This document shows, in pieces, positions 38,901 through 50,371 of a stretch of 64,000 bases of DNA (positions within the stretch are counted from its first letter, which is position 1; every line of letters starts with the position of its first letter). Made by a program: the position numbers and the translations under genes. The stretch lies in the IMG/VR virus record IMGVR_UViG_3300037297_000386. The stretch is one strand, 5' to 3'. The notes beneath the pieces were generated by a model. The model did no database searches and had not been told where the DNA came from. It saw only the letters and a list, made by a program, of their open reading frames with translations. This DNA is from a virus (Duplodnaviria; Caudoviricetes).

Positions 38901-39784
38901 CCTTCTAATGGACTATAAAAATTCCAGTTGATTCCATCGTACTCTGCTATTTCGTTATCATGTCCAGCCCAATCCCCACTACCAGGAGATGCAACAATAT
39001 AACGATCTCCACTATTTGGAAAGACTGGTGGAAAACTTTGATCCTTATCAATTACTGGGTCCCGCCAAACTTGCCCAGGTATCTGAGAATCTACATAATA
39101 TTTAGTAATTAATTGATTTTCATTAGTAAAAGTAAAATTTTCACTATAACTTACTATCCCAGTATAATTACGAGTACCATTTACTAAACTGTATTGAGTA
39201 TGATCATCTCCAGATGATGTACCGGATAACATGCCGTGACTTATTTCATCATTACCACCTATTTGATGCTGTCGAGCATGAATAAATGGATCAATTCCAT
39301 CTGGACGATGTGTCAAGGCATGCGATTTATTATGATGCTGATTTTCTGTTACTTCAAGTAAATCTGGATGTTTTATTCGTTTTTTGATTTCTAATGGATA
39401 TAACTGAACCTGCCCGTTTGGATATTCCTCTATTTTTATTACTGTTCCTAGTTGTTGTGTAAACCAATCTTCATTTAAAGTTGATGGTTCGTCATTATAA
39501 ATAACATCTCCATTTTGCCCAACATATACATTTTCATTTATATTTGTTGTAGAAGTATCAAACGAATTAATAGGCCCAGTAATTTTTATAACACTAACAT
39601 CGCCGTGTGATATATCTTCACGAACAATACCGACAGCTGGCATTTTTGATTCATCATCACAACTAGCGAGCGCAATAAGAGGTACTTGATCATTATTATC
39701 AAACCCCGAGATATATACTACTTTCCCAGCTGATAATGTTGAACCAGTAAGATTCTTGGCTCTTAGTATGTTGCTTTGTGCCAT
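35963..39784 (-). CDS. Tail fibre/spike with peptidase S74 chaperone
   Basis: Gly/Ser-rich fibre segments, repeated RLGIG/KIGIG motifs, 12 LDGY repeats, C-terminal SDKRFKKEI...GFIAQEVE. Confidence 0.88.
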   Translation of the reverse strand: MAQSNILRAKNLTGSTLSAGKVVYISGFDNNDQVPLIALASCDDESKMPAVGIVREDISHGDVSVIKITGPINSFDTSTTNINENVYVGQNGDVIYNDEPSTLNEDWFTQQLGTVIKIEEYPNGQVQLYPLEIKKRIKHPDLLEVTENQHHNKSHALTHRPDGIDPFIHARQHQIGGNDEISHGMLSGTSSGDDHTQYSLVNGTRNYTGIVSYSENFTFTNENQLITKYYVDSQIPGQVWRDPVIDKDQSFPPVFPNSGDRYIVASPGSGDWAGHDNEIAEYDGINWNFYSPLEGSSSWVKDEDYIYGYSGTSWAKISGGGVTGSGVSGYIAFWTGSSVLSGESNLYWDESSNRLGIGNSSPNESIDTSGAIKIGDAAGTGDGTIRWTGSDFEGRKSGSWISLTASSTSPSGSDGQVQYNNGGSFGGTTNIYYDDSTNKIGIGTNNPSEILTIAGNILIGGSIINSDLSETIQVILQSLDGYGVSNGGLNEQTFQENKNFWNNAIYHMQKDLDGYASNQTVEEHYIQYSSTIQDIIKSLDGYSYGGQSLNQTIQEHYNQHSDAIQIILKELDGYDSTISEHYQQHSGALQTILKELDGYSGAGLGVSEETFEQNKSFWNESIYHILTSLDGYGSGGGDVIKVGTPVNNQLGIWTGDGTIEGDSNLVWDGTAFGIGTDSPDSELTIFSTGGSEARIHLKSPQTSSIGFYETTSNAFATITGYWTNKGDSGSGHLALLTDDGTSHQVRIFITDTGNIGIGNISAHEKLTVNGIISLEEQDNYDRTHDGYGSIWANSDGKVYYTNDSGIDYDLTTGASDITISEHYQQHSDAIQTILKDLDGYVITTIENQHWIDGSQQRQNIRNALDGYSTTISGLDSVLFEHYQQHSNAIQTILKELDGYSGAGSGVSEETFEQNKLFWNESIYYILSALDGYDSGSGDASDITVSEHYKQHSDAIQTILSSLDGYGNVAGASDITVSEHYKQHSDAIQTILSSLDGYSIGSSISAEQGADGYLAFFTGSNSIAGDNDLFWDRENNRLGIGTSNAQSKLHIIGNGGAESRVIIEDYTSSIGNTILSSDADHFRIQFYNKSTHAFIANDYLLNRNSSGATEHIWRIGNSEVVRIDSTGLGVKRSPSTYPLEVNGDAGKTSGGTSWQSISDKRFKKEILPIIVNNSDTDGYSPLDRVTQLRGVLYKWITPENHGLSPEYDGYLQGFIAQEVEACFPEWVKTDQYGTKWLNMIGFEAYIVEALKEIKREIENTKSRLNNIEEILNIT
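36790..38380 (-). repeat. Intragenic LDGY repeats (two blocks of six)
   Basis: (E)HYxQHSxAIQxILKxLDGY; near-identical DNA copies at ~36794 and ~36890, and ~37020 and ~37920. Confidence 0.9.
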
Positions 39785-39815
39785 TTAATATTATAAATTA
39801 TATCTTACATTTACC

Positions 39816-40049
39816 TCACATAAATTTGGATCTAGGTTTAATGACTAAATCATTTGTTGTTTTATTAACATATATCTCATATGAATCAAATGTATTATCA
39901 TCTAAATCTAAATAATCTTCAACACTATCAATAAGATCTTCACAGGTCATATTATTTTTAATATTAACCATATCTTTTATATTAATATCATACACGCATC
40001 CTTTATATCTGGTATGTATAATTGATATATTTGATGTATCAATGTTCAT
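39816..40049 (-). CDS. Hypothetical protein
   Basis: 77-aa ORF. Confidence 0.5.
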   Translation of the reverse strand: MNIDTSNISIIHTRYKGCVYDINIKDMVNIKNNMTCEDLIDSVEDYLDLDDNTFDSYEIYVNKTTNDLVIKPRSKFM

Positions 40050-40299
40050 TTCTTTTGCCTTTAATCTTTTTGCGACGCACTTTTCTTTTTTTAACAGTTT
40101 CTTCTTTCCAAGTTTGTTTATTATTCTCCCATTTTTTATCTATACGCAATTTACACTCTTTACATTCAGGCATATCACGATTAGAGGGATCTAATGGGCA
40201 ATCTTTATATTCAAGACCACGCCACCACATTATTCCATAACCCAATGAACAATTAAAAAATTTCTTAATAGACTTATTATGGTGATTCTTTTTAGACAT
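40039..40299 (-). CDS. Hypothetical basic Cys-containing protein
   Basis: 86-aa ORF abutting M16 gene. Confidence 0.5.
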   Translation of the reverse strand: MSKKNHHNKSIKKFFNCSLGYGIMWWRGLEYKDCPLDPSNRDMPECKECKLRIDKKWENNKQTWKEETVKKRKVRRKKIKGKRNEH

Positions 40300-41493
40300 T
40301 TACATTCCTGTTCCTACTACTGTATATTTATTACTAGTAAATATTTTCTGTGCAACTTGGTATACATCTTCTACAGTTACTGCATCTATTTCTGATAAAA
40401 ATTTAGATCCGATTGTATAATCAAAAAATTCTTTATATATTGACTGCATAGTTGCCGAATTTGAAGAATCTAATGATTTATAATAAGAACTACGTATTAT
40501 ATTTTTTGCTCTCTTTAGTTCATCATTAGTTGGGCAAGAGGATTTCATTTTTTCTATTTCTTCATCAATAGTATCTGTAACTTTATCTCTATTTTTAGGT
40601 TCAGTAGAAGTATAAATTTGATATACGCTACCGTCCATGTGATGGTCATTATATGATCCTATGCCACATACTAAACCAAGATCTTCACGAACTCTAGTAA
40701 ACAATCTAGACGTATCGCTGGACCCGAAAATAGTCGAAAATACTTTTATTTTAGCACGATCTTTAAGTGAGGATATCCTTAATGATTCTCCAGCAAAACC
40801 AATAGATATTGAATCTTGAATTTGTCCATCTTTATGTATTATATCGTATGATGGTTGCTTGTATGTAATATTATTTGTTTGTGCGGGATATAATAATATA
40901 TCATCCGGAATATTAAAATATTTTTCTACAAGATCCATGCGATCTGACGGAGATCCTAATGTTATTAACATATGCTCATTGGTATAAAATTCTTTATTAA
41001 ATTTTGTTATATGATCACGTGTTATAGAATTAACACTTTTTTCTGTGCCGACAATTGGAGATACCAAAGAGTTATCTTTAAAAATATTATCAACCATCTT
41101 ATAGTAAACCAACCAATCTAAATCATCTTCATACATTTTAATTTCTTGACAAACAACATCTTGTTCTTTTATTAACTCATCCTCTGGAAAAATTGGGTTT
41201 AGTATAATATCAGAAAGACACTTAAAAGCAGTTTCAATATTCTCTTCAGGAATACTCATATGATATAATACAAGATCAGCACTTGTCCATGCATTCCATG
41301 AACCACCATAGTCTGCTGTTTGTTTTAACAGATCCTTCGCTGTATATTTTTTAGTACCCTTGAATCTCACATGTTCCATATAATGTGCTATACCTTTTGG
41401 ATATGTACTATTATATTCAACTCTAGATCCGGCACCAAAAGCTATCATTAAAGTTGATAATTTACTCGGATGCTTTACAAATTTATATTTCAT
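40300..41493 (-). CDS. M16 (pitrilysin) zinc peptidase
   Basis: Inverzincin HYMEH..FKGT, NAWT, EQDVVCQEIKMYED, SRLF..VREDLGL. Confidence 0.92.
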   Translation of the reverse strand: MKYKFVKHPSKLSTLMIAFGAGSRVEYNSTYPKGIAHYMEHVRFKGTKKYTAKDLLKQTADYGGSWNAWTSADLVLYHMSIPEENIETAFKCLSDIILNPIFPEDELIKEQDVVCQEIKMYEDDLDWLVYYKMVDNIFKDNSLVSPIVGTEKSVNSITRDHITKFNKEFYTNEHMLITLGSPSDRMDLVEKYFNIPDDILLYPAQTNNITYKQPSYDIIHKDGQIQDSISIGFAGESLRISSLKDRAKIKVFSTIFGSSDTSRLFTRVREDLGLVCGIGSYNDHHMDGSVYQIYTSTEPKNRDKVTDTIDEEIEKMKSSCPTNDELKRAKNIIRSSYYKSLDSSNSATMQSIYKEFFDYTIGSKFLSEIDAVTVEDVYQVAQKIFTSNKYTVVGTGM

Positions 41494-41540
41494 TCTTACT
41501 CCATAAATTTAATCTGCATATATAGTTCCCTAAAATACGG

Positions 41541-41879
41541 TCATTTGTGACCAATAAGTTCTTGGGTAGAGGAGACTATAGGCTTCCCCCTTGAAACATT
41601 CCAATAGAAACCTTTTCTATTTTTATGCTTCAATCGTGTTGCCTTCATAATCGAAGGCAAAGGCGTAGCAATATTACAGGCAGCGTTATAATCCGAATCG
41701 CATTCATACTTGCATGCTTCGCATTGAAAGTGCTTGCCTTTTCTATTACTACTACGAACCCAGCCACAGTTACTACACCTTTGTGAAGTGTAAGTAGGAC
41801 TTGTGTATTCTACGGAACATCCTTGGGATTTACATAAATCTTCTAACTTACGGTAGATTTCGGTGTAGGTAGAGTGGCA
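41541..41879 (-). pseudogene. tnpB: TnpB (IS200/IS605/IS607 family) C-terminal remnant
   Basis: Hand translation: TYTEIYRKLEDLC...PTYTSQRCSNCGWVRSSNRKGKHFQCEACKYECDSDYNAACNI...NRKGFYW; no in-frame start. Confidence 0.88.
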
Positions 41880-42020
41880 TTATCCATTTGTTTAAAATAA
41901 TCCATAAAAAACTCCAAAGCTATCAAATATACTAATAAATATTATAAGAAAAGCCGTATTTAAAATATAATATATTAATAAAAAAAATTAATATTTATTA
42001 GATATATTCAATAACCAAAT

Positions 42021-43972
<1,952 letters not shown>

Positions 43973-44166
43973 TAAAAGCGCATTATTAATAATAACTATA
44001 ATGCGCTTTGATTATATTTTTCATACTTTATCGATTTCTTTTTTTATATCTAGGCGATCTTACTTTTCTTTTCTTTCTGCCCCTTTTTCTTCTTCCAGTA
44101 TGTTTGGCTTTTTTTCCGACTTTCATGATAACCACCTCCTAAATATGGATTTGGTCTTAAAAGTCT

Positions 44167-44424
44167 TTATTCTTTAAATAATGATATAGTTTTTCTCCTA
44201 GTCTCTTCGACAACATGATCCCACTTAATATTATGTGCTTCTAAAATGGCCATCAAAGTAAACAAAACATCGGCCCCTTCTTTGAGTGGATCGCCTTTAC
44301 CTCTAACTGCTTCAATTAATTCAGCTACTTCGAGAAATAAATAAGCACTACGATGGTCCCAATCAAGACTCCATCCTTTGTGTTTACAAGCTTTTACTAT
44401 TATTTCGGGAAGATCATTATTCAT
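44167..44424 (-). CDS. MazG-like nucleotide pyrophosphohydrolase
   Basis: LEVAELIEA...EGADVLF. Confidence 0.75.
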   Translation of the reverse strand: MNNDLPEIIVKACKHKGWSLDWDHRSAYLFLEVAELIEAVRGKGDPLKEGADVLFTLMAILEAHNIKWDHVVEETRRKTISLFKE

Positions 44425-44788
44425 TATATTCTTTTCTCCAACGTTTCATGCGTTTTTCTTTAAGCTTTTCTATCACTTCGAATGCACGCTGTTTATTTGC
44501 TTTATTTATATCGTGCCGGATTCCTTTTTCATTATTACATCTTGAACAAGCTAATGCTAAATTTTCTAGGTCATTCGTACCGCCTTTTGACTTTGGAATA
44601 ATATGTTCTATTGTGACATTATCATCTGGAATGCCTTGTAAATTTATGCATAATTTTTTATTACAAAAAATACACTTCCCTATCCATATCTCTTTATTAT
44701 AAGATATTAATTTTTTCTTAAATGTATGATCTGTAGCTATTATAGCCAAGATGTCATTTCTGGTCTTCGTGCTTTTTTGCATGTTCAA
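44417..44788 (-). CDS. HNH endonuclease
   Basis: CIFC, TIEHIIPKSKGGTNDLENLALACSRCNNEKG. Confidence 0.9.
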   Translation of the reverse strand: MNMQKSTKTRNDILAIIATDHTFKKKLISYNKEIWIGKCIFCNKKLCINLQGIPDDNVTIEHIIPKSKGGTNDLENLALACSRCNNEKGIRHDINKANKQRAFEVIEKLKEKRMKRWRKEYNE

Positions 44789-44945
44789 TATATTCTTTCA
44801 CCTTTCCTATGAGTTTACTTATATATTGATAATATTTGTAAGAAGATATCGCACCAATTGGCTTTCCGTTATCGTCAAATATAATTGAAAATCCAGACGG
44901 TAGCGTATGAAAATCTAAGTCGGACAAATTCTTTTTATTAAGCAT
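44754..44945 (-). CDS. Hypothetical protein
   Basis: 63-aa ORF downstream of promoter. Confidence 0.5.
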   Translation of the reverse strand: MLNKKNLSDLDFHTLPSGFSIIFDDNGKPIGAISSYKYYQYISKLIGKVKEYIEHAKKHEDQK

Positions 44946-45041
44946 TTTAATTATTCTTATTTATATATAATATGTAGAATTTTTTATTATTTTATAAAAA
45001 AATCAAATACTGATGAATATCTTGAGATACTACATCTTACT

Positions 45042-45071
45042 ATTATATACATTTCCGTCAATTTTTGTCAA
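45042..45071 (-). promoter_or_regulatory. Sigma70-type promoter
   Basis: TTGACA (45071-45066), 18 nt, TATAAT (45047-45042). Confidence 0.65.
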
Positions 45072-45148
45072 GTCTTCCAATCACCTTATCTTTAAGGATT
45101 CGTGTACATGAAAGATTTATATTATTGTGTGGCCATGAATATTTTCTT

Positions 45149-45307
45149 TTATAATTTAATATTAGTTTTCAGAGCAAACAATAAATGAAATAATTTAGTA
45201 TCAATTGCTAATCTAATATCTCTTTTGCCAAATTCATTGCTTCGCGAGAGAACTGAAAACAAATGAATATGAAAAAATTTGTTGTTGATTTCAAAATGTG
45301 GTTTCAT
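45149..45307 (-). CDS. 52-aa protein MKPHFEINNKFF..., copy 1
   Basis: Near-identical copy at 50372-50518 with mostly synonymous changes. Confidence 0.75.
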   Translation of the reverse strand: MKPHFEINNKFFHIHLFSVLSRSNEFGKRDIRLAIDTKLFHLLFALKTNIKL

Positions 45308-45473
45308 GTTTGTCTTTCTCTTTTGTGACCCAATATCCATTTCGGGCAACCCATTTACAATTTCGGCCACTATTCATTACGGCTATTTCATTGTCTTCTA
45401 TGGTAATTCGGAAACCAAAGATTAATATTGTTTCATAGATCTCATGGACTAATTTTGAAGTTAGTGGAAGCAT
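45291..45473 (-). CDS. Hypothetical protein
   Basis: 60-aa ORF. Confidence 0.45.
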   Translation of the reverse strand: MLPLTSKLVHEIYETILIFGFRITIEDNEIAVMNSGRNCKWVARNGYWVTKEKDKHETTF

Positions 45474-45678
45474 TGTTATTGTTGCCTTTTTTAATGTAAT
45501 GCTTTAAAATACTCGAAAAGATTTATTATTTTATGGGAGCGGGCAAATTACTACTAATCTGAATCATCGTTTTATTTTGAACATACAATTCCGTATGACT
45601 CCCATTTTTGTATGCTTTTCTGATCTCTTTTAAATCATCTAATAATCTATTTAGTATATCTTCCATTAGTTGTCCTAT

Positions 45679-45876
45679 TTACCTATAATGATAGGTAGGA
45701 AGACAATGCTTGCATCCATCCCAATGTGTGTTGTTTTTCCAGACAGTTAGTAAAATGTCAAATAAATTGTCTGGATGAAATATTACTGCATGACCATTAT
45801 CTAATATGGTCTGTATCTGGCATTCGTCTTTTTCATTTCGTAAGTCGTGAATCTCACCAGTATTAATGTTGCCCAA
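45679..45876 (-). CDS. Hypothetical protein
   Basis: 65-aa ORF. Confidence 0.4.
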   Translation of the reverse strand: MGNINTGEIHDLRNEKDECQIQTILDNGHAVIFHPDNLFDILLTVWKNNTHWDGCKHCLPTYHYR

Positions 45877-46002
45877 GAATCGTTTGGATCAAGAAGTAGG
45901 CCATATTTTTTGTATTTGATTGCGTCGGGCATTTAGTTTTCCTTTTTATTGCTCTCTCTACTTGATAGTTAAAATATTAGTGGATTTTTTTAAAAATTAT
46001 AT

Positions 46003-46149
46003 TTATTTCTTTTTAGTGGACTTAGATGTCTTGGCAGGCTTTATCGTCTCTTTAACGGTAGTACTTTTATGTTTATCTGAATATTTTTTTGTAACAAATT
46101 TACCAGTCTTGGCACTTCTATATATTATTCCTGTTTTTGTTTTTGGCAT
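46003..46149 (-). CDS. 48-aa very basic protein (RSAKTGKFVTKKY motif)
   Basis: RBS GGAG before MPKTKTG. Confidence 0.65.
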   Translation of the reverse strand: MPKTKTGIIYRSAKTGKFVTKKYSDKHKSTTVKETIKPAKTSKSTKKK

Positions 46150-46318
46150 ATTAATTTCTCCTAAATAATAATTTGTTGTCGCCACTATAGGGCTGTTTTT
46201 AAGTAATGATCGACTAAGTTTTTTAAATTGAGAAAATTTCTCGACACCCTCGAAAAGTTTAATTGCTTCTGGTTCTTGTGCGAATGAATGTTTGATCATA
46301 TGAGACTTCCTGTCAATA

Positions 46319-46876
46319 TTACACTTTGGGTTTAAAATACTCTTTTAGTTCTTCCAACAATTCTTTGGTAATAGATATACTACCGTTTCCAATCCTTTTA
46401 TCAGGATCTTCTATTTTACCGTTAGGATAATGAAAATTTATTATAGAACAAAGCTTTGGAACTGAAGTAAAGAGATCTTTAATTTCATTATAAGATAATC
46501 TGATACTATCTTCCCTAACGAATCGTTTCAGAATTTCTTTGCCTGATTCATCCAATTTATCTTTTATACTGCGAAAATTATAACAATCCATGGTTTCCTC
46601 CATTTTATCTGATGGTATTTTATTAATTATAAATTCGACTATTTTTTGAGCCATTTCATTTGTTTTTTGGGACGTTTTATGATTTTTTATATTTTTTGAT
46701 ATAATATTAAATAGTAACTCTTCATTAATCTTGTTTTTTTCATTTTCTTTATATATTATAAATTTTTCTTCTTGAAACACTCCTATAATATTTTCCCAAA
46801 ATTCCATTTCAAGATGTTCGTTATAATGTTCAAAATAAAAATCATCTAAATCCTTTGCCGTAATATATTGATTCAT
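46319..46876 (-). CDS. Hypothetical protein
   Basis: 185-aa ORF. Confidence 0.55.
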   Translation of the reverse strand: MNQYITAKDLDDFYFEHYNEHLEMEFWENIIGVFQEEKFIIYKENEKNKINEELLFNIISKNIKNHKTSQKTNEMAQKIVEFIINKIPSDKMEETMDCYNFRSIKDKLDESGKEILKRFVREDSIRLSYNEIKDLFTSVPKLCSIINFHYPNGKIEDPDKRIGNGSISITKELLEELKEYFKPKV

Positions 46877-47016
46877 TTACATCTTTTTCCTTTTAATAAA
46901 TTATCAGCAACAGATATTGCTACTGCACTATAAATCTTTTGTGATTTCAAATAAACCTATCAAACCCCCTATTTAAATACAAAAAAATAGATTCATTATC
47001 ACGACTCGACCGTTTG

Positions 47017-47030
47017 CCTACTTTCCCCGA
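47017..47030 (+). repeat. Left copy of 14-bp inverted pair CCTACTTTCCCCGA
   Basis: Exact reverse complement at 54146-54159. Confidence 0.6.
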
Positions 47031-47186
47031 GTGTGGGCCTCTTTGCTATTTCAAACAAAAAGATCAGAAGACCATGGCGCATTTAAGCTTGACATTTCTT
47101 ATAAGATACTTTTGCTTGGATGCCATTCCAAGACTATCCTTGGCAAACAGTGCTATGCCTCAATTTTATTCTTGGCCTCGGCTGCT

Positions 47187-47372
47187 TCAAGGCTGTGAGG
47201 CACTATGATTTTCGATGTATTCCAGCAGGGCTTTACGTATCTGTGCGGAATAACTATTCATTTTGTTCTTCTTTGCCTCTAACCAGTCCAGTATTTTTTT
47301 GTCCGTTTCGTCGGTTGGATCAAAATGGACACTGATTGGCCGATATTTTTGCTTACTCATAATGTGCCTCAC
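47187..47372 (-). CDS. Ribbon-helix-helix-like DNA-binding protein
   Basis: ISVHF strand, DKKILDWLE helix, SAQIRKALLEY helix. Confidence 0.6.
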   Translation of the reverse strand: MRHIMSKQKYRPISVHFDPTDETDKKILDWLEAKKNKMNSYSAQIRKALLEYIENHSASQP

Positions 47373-47431
47373 TTTTACTCAAAAGTATTGATAGATTTTT
47401 AGTGATTTAACAAATTTGTCTTTGTCCTGAT

Positions 47432-47752
47432 TTATTCCTTCAAAGTTATTACCAATCCGTTTATATTCCAAACGCATAATAATCGCGGATCATCTCTAGC
47501 CAATTTTTTAGCATATTCAAGAAATTGGCTATCGTGTGGAATGAGAAATTCATTACTAAATTTATCAATATACCATATTATATTTTTATTATTAACTTTT
47601 TCTATTTTCCCAAGTTTACCAGCTCTGCTTTTCTTCAATAAATTCTTAATACATGTTTTATATTGTTCTCCGAATTCCAATAATTCTTTTGTCAATTTTT
47701 CTTGCAGTGCTAAAAGCATCTCTTTTTCAATGGTTTCTACCGTCAATGGCAT
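47432..47752 (-). CDS. Hypothetical protein
   Basis: 106-aa ORF with RBS GGAGG. Confidence 0.55.
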   Translation of the reverse strand: MPLTVETIEKEMLLALQEKLTKELLEFGEQYKTCIKNLLKKSRAGKLGKIEKVNNKNIIWYIDKFSNEFLIPHDSQFLEYAKKLARDDPRLLCVWNINGLVITLKE

Positions 47753-47765
47753 GATTCCTCCATAT

Positions 47766-48053
47766 TCACTTCCTCATAGCTATAATCCTATTCCCATCAA
47801 CTTTGTCTACAATAACAGTCGTTCCTTTTTTATGGAACTCACCAACCGATATAACATCAAATCGGTTTCCTCGATATAAAGCGGTTCCAGCTGGCCTTAA
47901 ATCGGAATAAACAATCATTTCTTTCCCTATCAATTCTTTTTCATCTTTTGACTGACTAACACAGCCTTTTAATGAGTTTATTTTAATCATTCGAAAAATC
48001 AAATAAACAGAAGTACAAAGACCAATAAATATTCCAATTATAATACTAATCAT
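47766..48053 (-). CDS. NfeD-family protein (TM plus OB fold)
   Basis: LIGKE..VYSDLRPAG....G.RFDVISVGEF..KGTTV.V.KVDGNRIIA. Confidence 0.85.
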   Translation of the reverse strand: MISIIIGIFIGLCTSVYLIFRMIKINSLKGCVSQSKDEKELIGKEMIVYSDLRPAGTALYRGNRFDVISVGEFHKKGTTVIVDKVDGNRIIAMRK

Positions 48054-48059
48054 AGATTA

Positions 48060-48162
48060 TCTTTTAAATTTAATATTTCTTTTGTCAAATTCATTACTTT
48101 GCACTGGAACTGGAGATAATGGATATGAAAAAATTATTATTAATTTCGAAATGTGATTTCAT
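48060..48162 (-). pseudogene. Decayed third copy of MKPHFEIN gene
   Basis: ATGAAATCACATTTCGAAATTAATAAT..., then frameshift. Confidence 0.65.
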
Positions 48163-48164
48163 AT

Positions 48165-48611
48165 TTATCTTTTTCTTTTGGGATCAATACTGGCCTTAAT
48201 CCACTCCTCTTTAGTTAATTTCTGTCCATTCAAGTACCAATACTTAGCACCATTAGGATATTCAATAGCAGGACCATCTTCACGATGAAGCTTTCCATCC
48301 AAGTACCAATACTTAGTACCATCGGAATATTCAACAGCGGGACCGTCTTCGCGGTGACGTCTTCCATTAAGGTACCAATACTTAGTACCATCGGAATATT
48401 CAATAGCAGGACCGTTTTTACGATGGTATTGGCCATTCAAATACCAATACTTAGTACCATCTGTATATTTAATGATATAGGTTCCAATTTCAACATCAAG
48501 TGGTTCTATTGTAATAGGATTTCCATATTCATCTTGCCAGTGGATCTCATTTCTTGTTTTAGTGGTAAGACCTGCTAACAGGGCAGTATAAGCATTGTGT
48601 AAAATAGTCAT
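48165..48611 (-). CDS. Leader plus HREDGPA beta-repeat protein
   Basis: Leader LHNAYTALLAGLTTKTRNEIHW; three 23-aa HRxDGPAIEYxxGxKYWYLNG repeats. Confidence 0.85.
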   Translation of the reverse strand: MTILHNAYTALLAGLTTKTRNEIHWQDEYGNPITIEPLDVEIGTYIIKYTDGTKYWYLNGQYHRKNGPAIEYSDGTKYWYLNGRRHREDGPAVEYSDGTKYWYLDGKLHREDGPAIEYPNGAKYWYLNGQKLTKEEWIKASIDPKRKR

Positions 48612-48686
48612 TTTATCCTTATATTATTTATCTTTAAAAATTTATTAGCGATAAAAATATTAATAATTTACAAAATTTAAAAATAA

Positions 48687-49124
48687 TTATGTTTTACTAG
48701 TGCGTGTCTTAATCCACTCTTCTTTAGTTAATTTCTGTCCATTTAAATACCAATACTCAGAACCATTAGGATATTTAATAGCAGGACCATCTTTGCGATG
48801 AAGCTTTCCATTCAAGTACCAATACTTAGCACCATCATAATATTCAACAGCAGGGCCATTTTCACGGTGAAGGTCCCCGTTCAAATACCAATGTTTAGTA
48901 CCATTGGAATATTCAACAGCAGGGCCATTTTCACGGTGAAGGTCCCCGTTCAAATACCAATGTTTAGTACCATTGAAATATTTGAAGATATAAGTCCCAA
49001 GTTTAATATCAAGTGGTTCTACTGTAATAGGATTTCCATATTCATCTTGCCAATGAATCTCATTTCCTGTTTTGGTAGTAAGTCCTGCTAACAGAGCAGT
49101 ATAAGCATCATGCAATAAACTCAT
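48687..49124 (-). CDS. Leader plus HREDGPA beta-repeat protein
   Basis: Start MSLLHDAY; two repeat units identical over 66 bp (48841-48906, 48910-48975). Confidence 0.85.
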   Translation of the reverse strand: MSLLHDAYTALLAGLTTKTGNEIHWQDEYGNPITVEPLDIKLGTYIFKYFNGTKHWYLNGDLHRENGPAVEYSNGTKHWYLNGDLHRENGPAVEYYDGAKYWYLNGKLHRKDGPAIKYPNGSEYWYLNGQKLTKEEWIKTRTSKT

Positions 49125-49474
49125 TCTATTCGTTTTCCATGTTCCCATTCTTCTTCCGAATATTTCCGTCCATTTTTATACCAACAAGTAGTTTTACCAT
49201 GTTGTTGCCCATCTTGCCATTCTTTTTCCCAATGTTTTTGTCCGTTCCTATACCATCTGATATATTTACCATGAAGTTGGCCATTTTGATATTCTGATTC
49301 CCAATATTTTTGCCCATTCCTATGATAATAACGAATAATATATCTCTCTTGTTTAATATCAATTAATTTTATCGTAATGGGAATACCATATTTATCTTGC
49401 CAATAAATCTCACTTCCTGTCTTACATGTTAATCCTGCTAGAAGAGCAGTATAAGCATCGTGTAATAGTGCCAT
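49121..49474 (-). CDS. Leader plus MORN-variant (YwqK-like) repeat protein
   Basis: HGKYIRWYRNGQKHWEKEWQDG. Confidence 0.85.
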   Translation of the reverse strand: MALLHDAYTALLAGLTCKTGSEIYWQDKYGIPITIKLIDIKQERYIIRYYHRNGQKYWESEYQNGQLHGKYIRWYRNGQKHWEKEWQDGQQHGKTTCWYKNGRKYSEEEWEHGKRIE

Positions 49475-49908
49475 TACTTCTTCCCTATTAAATTATTAAA
49501 CTCTTCTTCGGTCAAGTGTTTGCCATTTAGGAACCATGCTTTGGTACCATCTGCCCACACAACAGCAGGACCATCTTCACGATGTAGTTTGCCATTTAGG
49601 AACCAGTATTTGTCGCCACCTGCATATTCAATAGCATGGCCATCTTCACGATGTGGTTCACCATTTATACACCATGCTTTAGTACCATCTACCCGTATAG
49701 CAGCAGGACCGTCTTCGCGGTGAAGCTTATCATTCAAGTACCAAAACTTATCACCACCAACATACCTAACAATATAGGTACTAATTTTAATATCAAGTGG
49801 TTCGACAGTGATAAGTTTTCCACTTTTATCTTCCCAATTAATCTCATTTCCTGTTTTGGTAGTAAGTCCTGCTAATAGGGCAGCGTAAGCATCATGTAAT
49901 AGTGTCAT
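49474..49908 (-). CDS. Leader plus HREDGPA beta-repeat protein
   Basis: Leader and three repeats. Confidence 0.85.
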   Translation of the reverse strand: MTLLHDAYAALLAGLTTKTGNEINWEDKSGKLITVEPLDIKISTYIVRYVGGDKFWYLNDKLHREDGPAAIRVDGTKAWCINGEPHREDGHAIEYAGGDKYWFLNGKLHREDGPAVVWADGTKAWFLNGKHLTEEEFNNLIGKK

Positions 49909-50076
49909 GGTAATTTACCTATGTATTTTAAACCCATTTTAAATGACAAAAGAACTTTTAATTAATATTTATTTTGTACTATAAAATATAATAATTTTAA
50001 ATAAAATCTTAATACCATATTTTTATTATTGTTTTTCGTAATTCATCCGTTTTTAGCAATGAGTTTGACATTCTGT

Positions 50077-50346
50077 TTACCAAGCCACCTCTTGTCCATT
50101 TGGGCTATACCAACGAAGTACGCAACCTCTAACTCCAGGAGCAGGAACGCAGTGAACTACCTTATCTTTATCTACGATGCGATGAGTGGTTCCTCTCTCG
50201 CGAAAAAATAATCGCTGTGGATTATTAATACGATATGTATGCCGTTGTCCAGCATCTTCCCATTCATATTCTCGCCATTGTTCGTCTGAAACATCGTAAG
50301 GTCCTAATAACTCTCCACTTCTGTCTTCATGTGATTGTGTAGTCAT
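50077..50346 (-). CDS. Hypothetical protein
   Basis: RBS AAGGAG; visibly GC-richer than flanks. Confidence 0.65.
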   Translation of the reverse strand: MTTQSHEDRSGELLGPYDVSDEQWREYEWEDAGQRHTYRINNPQRLFFRERGTTHRIVDKDKVVHCVPAPGVRGCVLRWYSPNGQEVAW

Positions 50347-50371
50347 AACAATCTCCTTTCAAAATTTAATA

